Part shown: positions 1 through 8,427 of the stretch, piece after piece
How the letters are laid out: every line of letters starts with the position of its first letter
Position numbering within the stretch: position 1 is the first letter of the stretch
NCBI GenBank assembly: GCA_963788655.1
Contig: CAWBHS010000108.1
Location: forward strand, 1 to 16,027
Direction of reading: 5' to 3'
Length of the DNA: 16,027 nt
Source: an uncultured Verrucomicrobiae bacterium
GTDB lineage: Bacteria; Verrucomicrobiota; Verrucomicrobiia; Limisphaerales; JAFGQR01
Translations under genes and position numbers: made by a program
The notes under the pieces: model-generated
Database searches by the model: none
Told to the model about the DNA's origin: nothing
Seen by the model: the letters and a program-made list of their open reading frames with translations, nothing else

Positions 1-53
1 AAAAAATGAAAAACTCCGCGCCCTGTGCCTCTGGCTCCGGAACGCGGAGGTTT
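1..53 (-). terminator. Probable intrinsic terminator for the 91..681 gene
   Basis: Stem CTCCGCG (14-20) pairs with CGCGGAG (43-49), next to an A-rich tract at 1-13 that reads as a U-tract on the minus strand. It lies about 40 nt past the stop codon. The loop is long and imperfect. Confidence 0.5.
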
Positions 54-90
54 CGGTTTGATCCCTGACGCGGGACGCGGCGGTGGTGGT

Positions 91-681
91 TTATTTCTCC
101 ACCACCTGCAGTATGGGAGGCGAGGAGTGCAAAATATTTTCCAGCAAGGGTGTTACCGTTTGGGCTCGACTGTAGATCGAGTGTTCCGAGTATTCCTCCG
201 CTTCTGTCCGGGGATCCGCCGCGTGCAGGAAGAAATCCATGCGGGCACGCCGCGCGGCCTGTTGGAGGAAGGAGTGGAGGGGGTAGGACTGCCCGGCGCG
301 ATTGCCGGACATGTTGAGCAAGGCCACGAGGGCGCTTTTGTTACCGATTTTACCTGGAACCCAGGCTTGCATCCAGGCATTGGCCAGGGCGGGTAGTGGT
401 CGGCTGTCATAGACCGACAGGATGATCATGTTCGCCGCAATGGCGTCATCAACGGCTTGTTCCATGAGGCTGGCTTCCTGGAAGTGGTTGAACTTCCACC
501 AGGCGCACTGGAAATCGTAGTCGTCGTTTAACTGCTGCGCGAGCCGGTCGTAAAGCAGCATCCCTCGGTCGCGAGTTTCTTGATCTTGGTAGGCGATCAC
601 CAGGTCGAAGGGGTACTTGGGTTCCCAATCCAACGATTGCGGCTCGAAATGAGTACGAGGTTTCTTCATAAGACGGTCCAT
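91..681 (-). CDS. Uncharacterised alpha/beta protein (flavodoxin/TIR/receiver-like topology)
   Basis: 196-aa ORF with hydrophobic strands (FDLVIAY, NMIILSV, ALVALL) alternating with amphipathic helices. It has a promoter-like site upstream and a terminator downstream. The start may be M1 (681) or M5 (669). Confidence 0.8.
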   Translation of the reverse strand: MDRLMKKPRTHFEPQSLDWEPKYPFDLVIAYQDQETRDRGMLLYDRLAQQLNDDYDFQCAWWKFNHFQEASLMEQAVDDAIAANMIILSVYDSRPLPALANAWMQAWVPGKIGNKSALVALLNMSGNRAGQSYPLHSFLQQAARRARMDFFLHAADPRTEAEEYSEHSIYSRAQTVTPLLENILHSSPPILQVVEK

Positions 682-714
682 CGTTAACTGCTGCTGGTTA
701 TCCGGATAGCTTTG

Positions 715-730
715 AGCGATAAGAATGCCA
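715..730 (-). promoter_or_regulatory. Candidate sigma54 (-24/-12) promoter
   Basis: Minus strand reads TGGCATTCTTATCGCT, with exact GG-N10-GC spacing against the consensus TGGCACG-N4-TTGCW. It ends about 33 nt upstream of the 681 ATG and is preceded by relatively AT-rich sequence. Confidence 0.55.
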
Positions 731-969
731 CTCTGCCAAACTTTGCTCCTAATCCGTCATTTCTTTGGTCAAAATCCGGCGCTTATTCTTATCAAACATC
801 TTCGTGCTGAGAACGAAAGATGCAAAAAGAGAAATTACGCAATTCTCGTGTCGGGCATCCTACGGATACGGTGGTTTATCCACCGGACAGTCCATCTTTG
901 CCGAGGAAGCGGCAAAAGCGACCCGGCGCTGGGCAGAATTGGTCGTTGGCTGTTCTGCGGACCGTTTGG

Positions 970-1246
970 CAACGTGCTGCCGGCGTCTCGCCGGCCGAAC
1001 CGAACCCGAACCATGCGTTCAAATTCCCGCCGCGACTGCGACCGCGAAATTTCAGCGCATAGGAAACGCGCCGCAGCGCCGCCGTGAGAACAGGGAACCT
1101 CTCCTCCATTTCCGATGAGTGGTTGGCGAGGCGCCAACCTTGGCGCCCGGGGCGGGCGCGGTCCCCGAGGGGGATTGAAAGGTTCTGATTTGGTTCGGTA
1201 GTCCTTCCTGTATTCGACCTGCCGGCAGGATGCCGGCAGCACGTTG
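970..1246. repeat. REP-like inverted pair enclosing further hairpins
   Basis: CAACGTGCTGCCGGC (970-984) is the exact reverse complement of GCCGGCAGCACGTTG (1232-1246), and each arm is internally palindromic (GCCGGC-N4-GCCGGC). Internal hairpins: GGTTGGCG/CGCCAACC (1121-1139) and GCGCCCG/CGGGCGC (1143-1159). Confidence 0.7.
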
Positions 1247-1256
1247 GGCTGATTGG

Positions 1257-1931
1257 TCACAGCTCGACCATTCCTTTGGCGATGGCGTATTTCGTTAAGC
1301 CAGCCACAGTGCGGATTTCCAACTTGCGCATGATTCGTTCCCGGTGGGTTTCCACCGTGCGCACGCTTACTCCCAAATGCCCGGCAATGCTCTTATTACT
1401 TTGCCCTTCGGCAATGTGCAGCAGGACTTCGCGTTCCCGGCTGGATAGTTTTTCCACCTCGGCTGCGGTACCGGGACCGGCATCCGGCGTGACCACTTCA
1501 TCCACCAATACACGGGAAACCGAAGGGCTGAAATAGACCTCTCCGGAATGAACTAGTTTGATGGCGCGCGTCAATTCCATGGGCGAAGTGTCTTTCAGCA
1601 GGTAACCGCGGGCGCCCAACCGGATCATTTGCTTAATGTATTCCCGATTGTTGTGCATGGTCAGCACCAGAATCTTCGCCCGCGGGGTGGCGCGACGGAG
1701 TTGGTTCATTGAGGCAATGCCGTTCATCTGCGGCATGCTGATATCCATCAGGATGATGTCCGGCCGCAAACGCCGCGCTTTTTCGATGGCTTCGACGCCG
1801 TTGGCGGCATCCCCCACCACATCGAATTCGCACTGGGCCGCCAGATGGGATTTGATGCCCTCGAGCACAATCGGATGGTCGTCCACCAACAGCAGCTTGA
1901 TCCGTTTGGGGTTAACTTTTTTGGCCGGCAT
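1257..1931 (-). CDS. NarL/FixJ (LuxR-family) DNA-binding response regulator
   Basis: Receiver domain (LLVDDHP, phosphoacceptor in DIILMDISMP, LTMH, GYLLKD) followed by a LuxR HTH (LSSREREVLLHIAEGQSNKSIAGHLGVSVRTVETHRERIMRKL). Confidence 0.97.
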   Translation of the reverse strand: MPAKKVNPKRIKLLLVDDHPIVLEGIKSHLAAQCEFDVVGDAANGVEAIEKARRLRPDIILMDISMPQMNGIASMNQLRRATPRAKILVLTMHNNREYIKQMIRLGARGYLLKDTSPMELTRAIKLVHSGEVYFSPSVSRVLVDEVVTPDAGPGTAAEVEKLSSREREVLLHIAEGQSNKSIAGHLGVSVRTVETHRERIMRKLEIRTVAGLTKYAIAKGMVEL

Positions 1932-3391
1932 GTCTTTTGACTCCTTTCAGCGTTTCGAGGGGAATTTGCACCAGCACCTCGGTTCCCCGGCGGGGCGCAG
2001 TGTTCAACACCCAACGGCCGCCGATAAAGGCGGCGCGTTCCCGCATATCCATCAGACCCATTCCCGGCAAGCCTCGGTGCTTCATTCCCGTAGCCGCGGG
2101 ATTGAATCCGCAGCCGTTGTCCTTGACCCGAATTCCCAGCAATTCTTGGTCGACGTGTCACCTTCAAGGATACGCGGGTGGCCCGTGCATGTTTTTCGAT
2201 GTTGTTCAAAGCTTCTTGCAGGATGCGATACAGATCCAGTTCGGTAGCTTTGGAAAACTGGTCCGGCAGTTCCTTGAGATCCAATTCGACCGGCAACCCG
2301 GTGCGTTCGCTAAATTCCCGACACAAGCTCCGCACTGCCGGAACCAGTCCCAGATCATCCAGTTCACTGGGACGCAAATTGCGTGAGATGCGGCGCACTT
2401 CGTTCATGGCTCGTTCCAGCAGGGCCTTGGTCTTGAGCGTTTCCCGCCAGGCCACCGGGTTGCGCGCTTGCAGTTTTTCCTCGACCACCTCGATGCGGAA
2501 CTTGGCCGATGCGAGCATCTGGTTGACACTGTCGTGCAACTCGCGCGCGACGCGGCGGCGTTCGGTTTCCTGCGCTTCGCGAATCAGCCGGGGCAAGCTC
2601 CGCAGAACTTCTTCGCCTTCCTTGCGTTGGGTGATGTCACGCGAAACCATCACGGCGCGTTGGGGGGTGCCTTGTTCGTCGAGAATCCAGTTGCCCGTGG
2701 CTTCGAAGGCGCACCAACCGCCGTCCCGGTGCTGTAGCCGACACTCCGCCGCCGCGCCGGCTTTGGCCGCGAGCGCCTCGCGTAACGTCTGCCGCAGGGC
2801 CGCCTGGTCGTCGGGATGCACCAGTTCGTAGGAATTGATGCCGACCAGTTCCGCAGGCTCAAATCCCAGCGCGTTGCGGAAGGATGGGCTGGCATAAAGA
2901 AATCGGCCGTCCACGTCCAGCAGGCTGATCAAGTCATGGGAATGCTCGGCAATCAGCCGAAATTGCTCTTCGCTTCGCCGCCGGGCGGCCTCGGCTTGGA
3001 GCCGCTCGCGTTCGGCGGCCTTCTTTTTGAGCACATTTTGAATCGAAGAGGGCAGGCGCTTGAGACTGGCTTTGAGGATGTAATCTTCGGCGCCTTCTTT
3101 GATGCACTCGACGGCCACTTCCTCGGACATGGAACCGGTGACCAGGATCAAGGGGATGTCATAGTCGTGTTGTTTGAGCAGCCGCAATGCTTCCAGCGCG
3201 TCGAAATCCGGCAGGCTGAAGTCCGAGAGCACGATGTCCGGCGCAAACTCCTTGAGGGCGGGCAGGAATTCATCACGCGTTTCCAGACGCCGGCATTGGA
3301 AACAAAAGGACTCCTCGCGCAGGGCGTCTTCCATTGCCAGCGCATCACTGGGAGCGTCTTCGACGATCAAAATCTTCAATTCACGATTCAT
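1912..3391 (-). CDS. Cytoplasmic hybrid sensor kinase REC-PAS-HisKA_3-HATPase_c, with an apparent +1 frameshift near 2152
   Basis: N-terminal REC (ILIVED, DIVLSDFSLP, EDYILK), PAS (FRLIAEHSHDLI...LVHPDD...SRDITQRK), H-box (RRVARELHDSVNQ) and N-box (LQEALNNIEKHA). The ATPase end (IRVKDNGCGF, GMGLMDMRERA) is in the 1912..2142 frame. Removing one base gives VTR-DQELLGIRVKDNG and about 492 aa. It overlaps the response regulator start by 20 nt. Confidence 0.93.
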
Positions 3392-3513
3392 GAGGTCGCC
3401 CGTGTTTGGATTTGAGCAAAGTCAATTCGACAAAGCAACACCGAAAGGAGGCGCGCCGGGCCCGGACCGGTGGAAGCTTGTCATGGTAGCGGGGGCTGTG
3501 TTTGAATCCCGTA

Positions 3514-5109
3514 ATGATACCAACAACCTACAGGAACCGCTCCCGAGCCGGCTTTCAACTGGCGTGGATTATTTCCGGCTGGCTGGGGTTCTGCCTTCTT
3601 ACCTACACCGCTCCTGCCAAAGACTGGCCGCAGTGGGGTGGCACAGATGGCAAGAACATGGTGTCCCAGGAAAAGGGATTGCCCGAATCGTTCGTGCCAG
3701 GGGAGAAAAACTCGGAGGCGGGCCGACTCAAACCGGGGACAACCAAGAATGTCAAATGGGGCGTGAAGTTGTGTCAGGCCATCTACTCCACGCCCGCGGT
3801 GGCGGGTGGAAAGATCTTCATCGGCGGTCGGCAGCCTCACCTGGGATTGCTGATGTGTTTGGATGAAACGACGGGAAAACTGCTCTGGCAGTGGCAGGGT
3901 CCGGCCCGGGAAGTGCCCAATTACATTGACGGATTCCTGATTGGCATTGGCCCCAATCCCAAGGCGCTTGGAGTTTGCTCAACGCCTGTGGTGGAGGGCG
4001 ACCGCGTTTATTTCGTGACGCACAGTTTCAAGGTGCTGTGCCTGGACGTGAACGGCCAGACCGAAGGGCCGAATGCGGGTCAGGCGCGCGTGATCTGGGA
4101 ATACGATTTTTGGGACAAACTAGGCGTGTTTCCCTGTGACGCCGTCAACGGCTCTCCGGTCATCGCCGGTAACTTCCTGTACGTGCAGACTTCCAACGGC
4201 ATAGATCGAAACATGGGTCCCGCGAAGGAACTGAAACGAAAATTCCCGGCCCCGGACGCCCCCAACCTGATCGTCCTGGATAAGCGGACCGGACGGTTGG
4301 TGGCGACCGACGGTCTGGCCATTGCGGACCGCATCCTGCACGGACAATGGTCCTCGGTGTCGCTTGGTCAGGTGGCCGGCCGTCGCCTGGTCTTCTTCGG
4401 TGGCGGCGATGGGCGGTGTTATGCCTTTGAAACCTTGACCTCCGCACCGGAAATCCCCGTCAAGCTGAAGACAGTCTGGTCGTATGACTGCATTCCACTC
4501 GAATACCGTTCTTACGGCGGCTTGGATTGGGTATCGCACTACTGCCTGGGCGATAAACGAACGCGGGGCACCTTGAACCAAAATGACGGATCGTTCGTGG
4601 GCGAGAGCGAGATCATCGCCACCCCGGTCTTCTTTAACCATCGCATCTACGTGCCGATTGGCCGTGATCCCGAACATGGTCGCGGCCGCGGTGTCCTGCA
4701 TTGCATTGACGCGACCCGGACGGGCGACATCACCCAATCGGGCCGCGTGTGGACTTACCAAGGACTGGATCGCAGTCTCTCGACCGTTTCGATTGCCGAC
4801 GGCCTGGTCTATGTCTGTGATGTCGGGGGGCGTTTGCACTGTGTGGACGCCGAGACCGGCCAGTGCTGTTGGATTCACGAAACCCATTCCACCGTCTGGG
4901 GTTCAACCCTGGTCGCGGATCGGAAGGTGTATCTGCCCACCCCCCGAGGATTGGTAGTGCTGGCGGCGGGCAAGCAAAAGAAAGTGCTCAGTCAAATCAA
5001 CGTCGGGGCGACGATCTACGCCACCCCGGTGGTGGCGAACGGCACGCTCTACATCGCGTCTCGCAACGGTTGGCTTTGGGCGGTTCACCAGGATCCGATC
5101 GGAGAATAA
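3514..5109 (+). CDS. Secreted PQQ-binding-like (BamB-like) beta-propeller repeat protein
   Basis: Signal-peptide-like segment followed by DWPQWGG, with repeated STPxV/GSPV blade motifs and LxCLDxxTGKxxW docking motifs. The ATG at 3514 is preferred over the TTG at 3502. Confidence 0.88.
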   Translation: MIPTTYRNRSRAGFQLAWIISGWLGFCLLTYTAPAKDWPQWGGTDGKNMVSQEKGLPESFVPGEKNSEAGRLKPGTTKNVKWGVKLCQAIYSTPAVAGGKIFIGGRQPHLGLLMCLDETTGKLLWQWQGPAREVPNYIDGFLIGIGPNPKALGVCSTPVVEGDRVYFVTHSFKVLCLDVNGQTEGPNAGQARVIWEYDFWDKLGVFPCDAVNGSPVIAGNFLYVQTSNGIDRNMGPAKELKRKFPAPDAPNLIVLDKRTGRLVATDGLAIADRILHGQWSSVSLGQVAGRRLVFFGGGDGRCYAFETLTSAPEIPVKLKTVWSYDCIPLEYRSYGGLDWVSHYCLGDKRTRGTLNQNDGSFVGESEIIATPVFFNHRIYVPIGRDPEHGRGRGVLHCIDATRTGDITQSGRVWTYQGLDRSLSTVSIADGLVYVCDVGGRLHCVDAETGQCCWIHETHSTVWGSTLVADRKVYLPTPRGLVVLAAGKQKKVLSQINVGATIYATPVVANGTLYIASRNGWLWAVHQDPIGE

Positions 5110-5183
5110 CGATGAAGGTCGTATTCTCGTTACTCTCCAGCGCGAGTTCCTGTTGGCGGCCGACAGCAGCGTTGTGCCCCAAA

Positions 5184-5305
5184 ACCGAAATCCGAAGTGC
5201 GAAGGACTCGGAGTGCTTGGAGCATTAAGGTTGTGGTCGAATACAGTTGGGACGTTCGGACTTTGGCGGTGCGCTTATCGGATTTCGGTCGGCGGATTTC
5301 GATTT
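5184..5305. repeat. Inverted repeat built from CCGAAAT/CCGAAGT-type heptamers
   Basis: ACCGAAATCCGA (5184-5195) is the exact reverse complement of TCGGATTTCGGT (5278-5289). Further degenerate units: TTCGGACTT (5255-5263) and CGGATTTCGA (5293-5302). Confidence 0.65.
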
Positions 5306-5364
5306 TAAAACTCGATCCCGCCCGGGGTGGCAGATTGCCAGCGCGCCGGTTCCGGGTTTTTCCT

Positions 5365-5394
5365 TTGCAATTCAACGAATGCTTCTTCTAGCAT
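5365..5394 (+). promoter_or_regulatory. Candidate sigma70 promoter for the E2-E3 operon
   Basis: TTGCAA (5365-5370), an 18-nt spacer, then TAGCAT (5389-5394), about 87 nt upstream of the ATG at 5482. Confidence 0.45.
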
Positions 5395-5481
5395 TCAGCC
5401 ACGGGAATTACCCGTGAAGGGACTTGATTGATGCAGCCGAACTCTCATCGGGAAGTCCGCAACTGGTTTCAGCACATTATT

Positions 5482-6807
5482 ATGGAAATTCGGTTACCCA
5501 AATTGGGCGAAGGCGCCGAATCGGGCACTGTGGCCAGCATTCTGGTCAAGGTGGGCGATACGGTGGCCGAAGGCCAAACGATCATGGAATTGGAGAACGA
5601 AAAAGCCGTGGCTCCCATTCCGGCGCCGACCGGTGGTCGCGTGACGGCGATTCGCGTCAAAGAAGGCGACAAGCTTTCGGCGGGCCAGGTCATTTTGACC
5701 CTGGATGAAGGCCAGGGCAAAGCGGCGTCCTCTACCGGACATGCCCGTCCGGCCAGCGCCACCGAGCCCGCCCAACCGGAAGCAGGGGCGGAGGCGACAG
5801 CCGAAGAAGAATCGCCGTCCGCAGAACCGGAAGATACCTCCGAAGCGGCCGAGGAAACGGAGCCCGATGCCAACCAGCCGGCCCCGGCCGCCTCGCCCAG
5901 CATTCGCAAGATGGCCCGTGAGCTGGGGATTGATTTGCGACGGGTGCGCGGCACCGAACGGGGCGGGCGGATCATCGTGGCCGATTTGCGCGCCTACATC
6001 CAGCGTTTGCAGAAGCTCGCATTCCAGCCCCAAGCCGGCAAAGCCAAAGCACCCGCGCCTGCTCCGTCGGCTCCGGCGGCCGAACCAATTGATTTCGCCA
6101 AGTGGGGTTCCGTTTCGCGGAAGCCCATGTCTTCGTTGCGGCAAACGATCAGCCGCCGCATGACCGAGAACTGGAATACCATTCCACACGTCACCCAATT
6201 CGATGACGCGGACATCACCGGGCTGAACGCGTTGCGCAAGAAATATGCGTCCGCGTACGAGCAGGCGGGTACCAAACTGACGCTGACTTCGTTCGCCCTT
6301 AAAGCAGTGGCGGACACGCTGCAGAAACACCCCGTCTTCAATTGCAGCCTGGACGAAGCCTCGCGCGAAATCGTTTTCAAAGCGTATTACCACCTCGGCC
6401 TTGCGGTGGACACGGAACAGGGTCTCATCGTGCCGGTCATCCGCGACGTGGACAAAAAGGATCTGCTGCAATTGTCGAAGGACGTGAGCGCTCTGGCGGA
6501 CAAGGCCCGCGAGCGCAAAGTGGCGTCGGACGAATTGAAGGGGGGCACGTTTACCATCTCGAATCAAGGCGGCATCGGGGGCGCGCATTTCACGCCCATC
6601 ATCAACAAGCCGGAAGTGGCCATCCTGGGCCTGGGCCGGGGCGCGCAGAAAGCCGTGGTCCGGGACGGCAAACTCGAGCCGCGCTGGATCATGCCCCTGG
6701 CGCTCTCGTACGACCATCGGATTATCGATGGCGCCAGCGCCGCGCGTTTCATCGTCGATTTGGTCGCCGCGTTTGAGAGCTTCTCGGAAGCCTCCGTGAA
6801 GCGCTAA
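5482..6807 (+). CDS. aceF: Dihydrolipoamide acetyltransferase (pyruvate dehydrogenase E2, AceF-type)
   Basis: Single lipoyl domain (MEIRLPKLGEG...ELENEKAVAPIPAP), Ala/Glu/Pro linker, E3-binding domain (ASPSIRKMARELGIDL..V.GT..GGRI) and catalytic domain (IPHVTQFD, TISNQGGIGGAHFTPIIN.PEVAILG, SYDHRIIDG). These motifs are closer to AceF than to SucB. Confidence 0.9.
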   Translation: MEIRLPKLGEGAESGTVASILVKVGDTVAEGQTIMELENEKAVAPIPAPTGGRVTAIRVKEGDKLSAGQVILTLDEGQGKAASSTGHARPASATEPAQPEAGAEATAEEESPSAEPEDTSEAAEETEPDANQPAPAASPSIRKMARELGIDLRRVRGTERGGRIIVADLRAYIQRLQKLAFQPQAGKAKAPAPAPSAPAAEPIDFAKWGSVSRKPMSSLRQTISRRMTENWNTIPHVTQFDDADITGLNALRKKYASAYEQAGTKLTLTSFALKAVADTLQKHPVFNCSLDEASREIVFKAYYHLGLAVDTEQGLIVPVIRDVDKKDLLQLSKDVSALADKARERKVASDELKGGTFTISNQGGIGGAHFTPIINKPEVAILGLGRGAQKAVVRDGKLEPRWIMPLALSYDHRIIDGASAARFIVDLVAAFESFSEASVKR

Positions 6808-6845
6808 TTCCGTTGCCAGTTAATAATTTCAATCCTCTTTTAGCT

Positions 6846-8264
6846 ATGGATCCCATCAAAACTCAACTCGTGGTGCTCGGGGCCGGCCCGGGCGGATATG
6901 CCGCTGCTTTCGACGCGGCGGATCGCGGCATGAACGTCATCCTGGTCGAACAGGAAAAGCGGTTGGGCGGCGTTTGTCTGAACCGGGGCTGCATCCCCTC
7001 CAAAGCCCTGCTGCACGCCACGGCCATGATTGGCGAGGCCCGGCAGTGCGCCAAACGCGGCATCACCTTCAGCGCGCCCACGATCGATCTGGAGAAGATG
7101 CGGTCGTGGAAAGATTCCATCGTGCAAAAGCTGGCGCAGGGCGTGGCCTGGCTGGCGCAGAAACGCGGGGTGCAGGTCATCACCGGTCGCGGGTATTTTG
7201 AAGACTCCCAAACACTGCGGGTCGAAACCGAGCAGGGCCAGAGCTTCATTAATTTTGAAAAAGCCATTGTGGCCGCGGGGTCCCGGCCCGCCATTCCGAA
7301 GGCGTTTGATTTGGGCAATCCTCGCATCATGACGTCCACCGAGGCGCTGGAGATTGCCGAAGTGCCTGAGAAGCTGCTGGTGATCGGCGGGGGCTACATT
7401 GGCATGGAAATGGGAACGGTCTATGCCGGATTGGGCAGCCAAGTGGTGCTGGTGGAAGCGCTCGATTCCATTCTGGCGGGAGCGGATCCCGATTTGGTGC
7501 GGCCGGTCATGCGCTATGCGGAACAGAATTTCAAAGAGATCCACCTTAAGACCCAGGTGGCTGGCCTGGCCAGTGCGGGCAAACACATCGAGGTCACCTT
7601 CAACCTCGAGGGCAAGAAGAAGGAAGAACTTTACGACCGCGTGCTGGTCTCGGTGGGCCGCGTGCCCAATGGTGAACATCTCGGACTGGAAAACACCAAG
7701 GTCCGGCAGGACGAAAAGGGCTTCATCCAGGTCAATTCCCAACAGCAAACCGCTGATCCAAACATCTATGCCATTGGCGATATTGCCGGCGGAGTGCTGC
7801 TGGCCCACAAAGCCAGCAAGGAAGCCCATCTGGCCGTGGAAGCGATCACGGGAGAATCCGCCGGCATGGCGAACATTGTCATTCCGGCGGTGGTGTTCAC
7901 CGATCCCGAACTGGCTTGGTGCGGCCTGACCGAAGCGGAAGCCAAAGAACGCAACCTCCCCGTACAGGTGGCCAAATTTCCCTGGACTTCATCCGGGCGG
8001 GCAATGACTTTTGATCACACGGAAGGCGTCACCAAGTTGGTCATCGAACCGGAAACCGAACGCATCCTGGGCGTGGGCATCGTCGGACATGGCGCTGGCG
8101 AGTTGATCAGCGAGGGCGTCGTCGCCATTGAAATGGGCGCCACGGCGCTGGACTTGGCCGAGTGCGTTCATCCTCACCCAACATTGTCGGAGACGCTCAT
8201 GGAATGCGCCGAAGCCTTCTACGGCCGGGCCACGCACACCTTTGCGCGCAAACCGGCCGGTTAG
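6846..8264 (+). CDS. lpdA: Dihydrolipoyl dehydrogenase (E3)
   Basis: FAD-binding GAGPGGY, redox disulfide GGVCLNRGCIPSK, NAD-binding GGGYIGME and C-terminal HPHPTLSE. The start is the ATG at 6846 (MDPIKTQ). Confidence 0.97.
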   Translation: MDPIKTQLVVLGAGPGGYAAAFDAADRGMNVILVEQEKRLGGVCLNRGCIPSKALLHATAMIGEARQCAKRGITFSAPTIDLEKMRSWKDSIVQKLAQGVAWLAQKRGVQVITGRGYFEDSQTLRVETEQGQSFINFEKAIVAAGSRPAIPKAFDLGNPRIMTSTEALEIAEVPEKLLVIGGGYIGMEMGTVYAGLGSQVVLVEALDSILAGADPDLVRPVMRYAEQNFKEIHLKTQVAGLASAGKHIEVTFNLEGKKKEELYDRVLVSVGRVPNGEHLGLENTKVRQDEKGFIQVNSQQQTADPNIYAIGDIAGGVLLAHKASKEAHLAVEAITGESAGMANIVIPAVVFTDPELAWCGLTEAEAKERNLPVQVAKFPWTSSGRAMTFDHTEGVTKLVIEPETERILGVGIVGHGAGELISEGVVAIEMGATALDLAECVHPHPTLSETLMECAEAFYGRATHTFARKPAG

Positions 8265-8284
8265 CCCGAATATTTTCACCCGTT

Positions 8285-8353
8285 GTAGCCGCCGACGTGA
8301 GGAGGCGGACTGATATATTCAAGCGTGTTCCGCCTCCTCACGTCGGCGGCTAC
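8285..8353. repeat. GTAG-family REP doublet (REPIN-like); may also act as a bidirectional terminator
   Basis: Perfect 25-bp inverted repeat GTAGCCGCCGACGTGAGGAGGCGGA (8285-8309) / TCCGCCTCCTCACGTCGGCGGCTAC (8329-8353) with a 19-nt spacer. Each arm is GTAG plus an internal palindrome CCGCC...GGCGG. It lies between convergent genes. Confidence 0.85.
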
Positions 8354-8427
8354 GGGTTGCCGGTCTTTCCAACGGTGTGTAAAATCACTGGCTTGTCCTT
8401 GGATTGATCGGCGCCAGTGGATTGGGC

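Noticed and set aside
725..1260. Several 77-141 aa ORFs in the long intergenic region
   Set aside because: They are Arg/Pro-rich translations of REP-like palindromes with no motifs, and they overlap in all frames.
1748..2150. C-terminal tail of the 547-aa kinase ORF overlapping the response regulator
   Set aside because: It is an artefact of the frameshift near 2152. The real ATPase end is in the 1912..2142 frame.
3514..5109. PQQ-dependent dehydrogenase or true BamB
   Set aside because: No quinoprotein catalytic motifs, clear lipobox or bam context are visible. It looks like the generic propeller family that is expanded in PVC bacteria.
5130..5391. 81-aa and 64-aa ORFs containing EIRRPKS / SDFG text
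   Set aside because: They are translations of the heptamer inverted repeat.
5428..5481. N-terminal extension of E2 from 5428, and similarly of lpdA from 6813
   Set aside because: Domain homology begins at MEIRLPKLG (5482) and MDPIKTQ (6846).
5494..7829. Long antisense ORFs (407 aa and 329 aa) opposite aceF and lpdA
   Set aside because: These are typical shadow frames of high-GC genes with no recognisable motifs.
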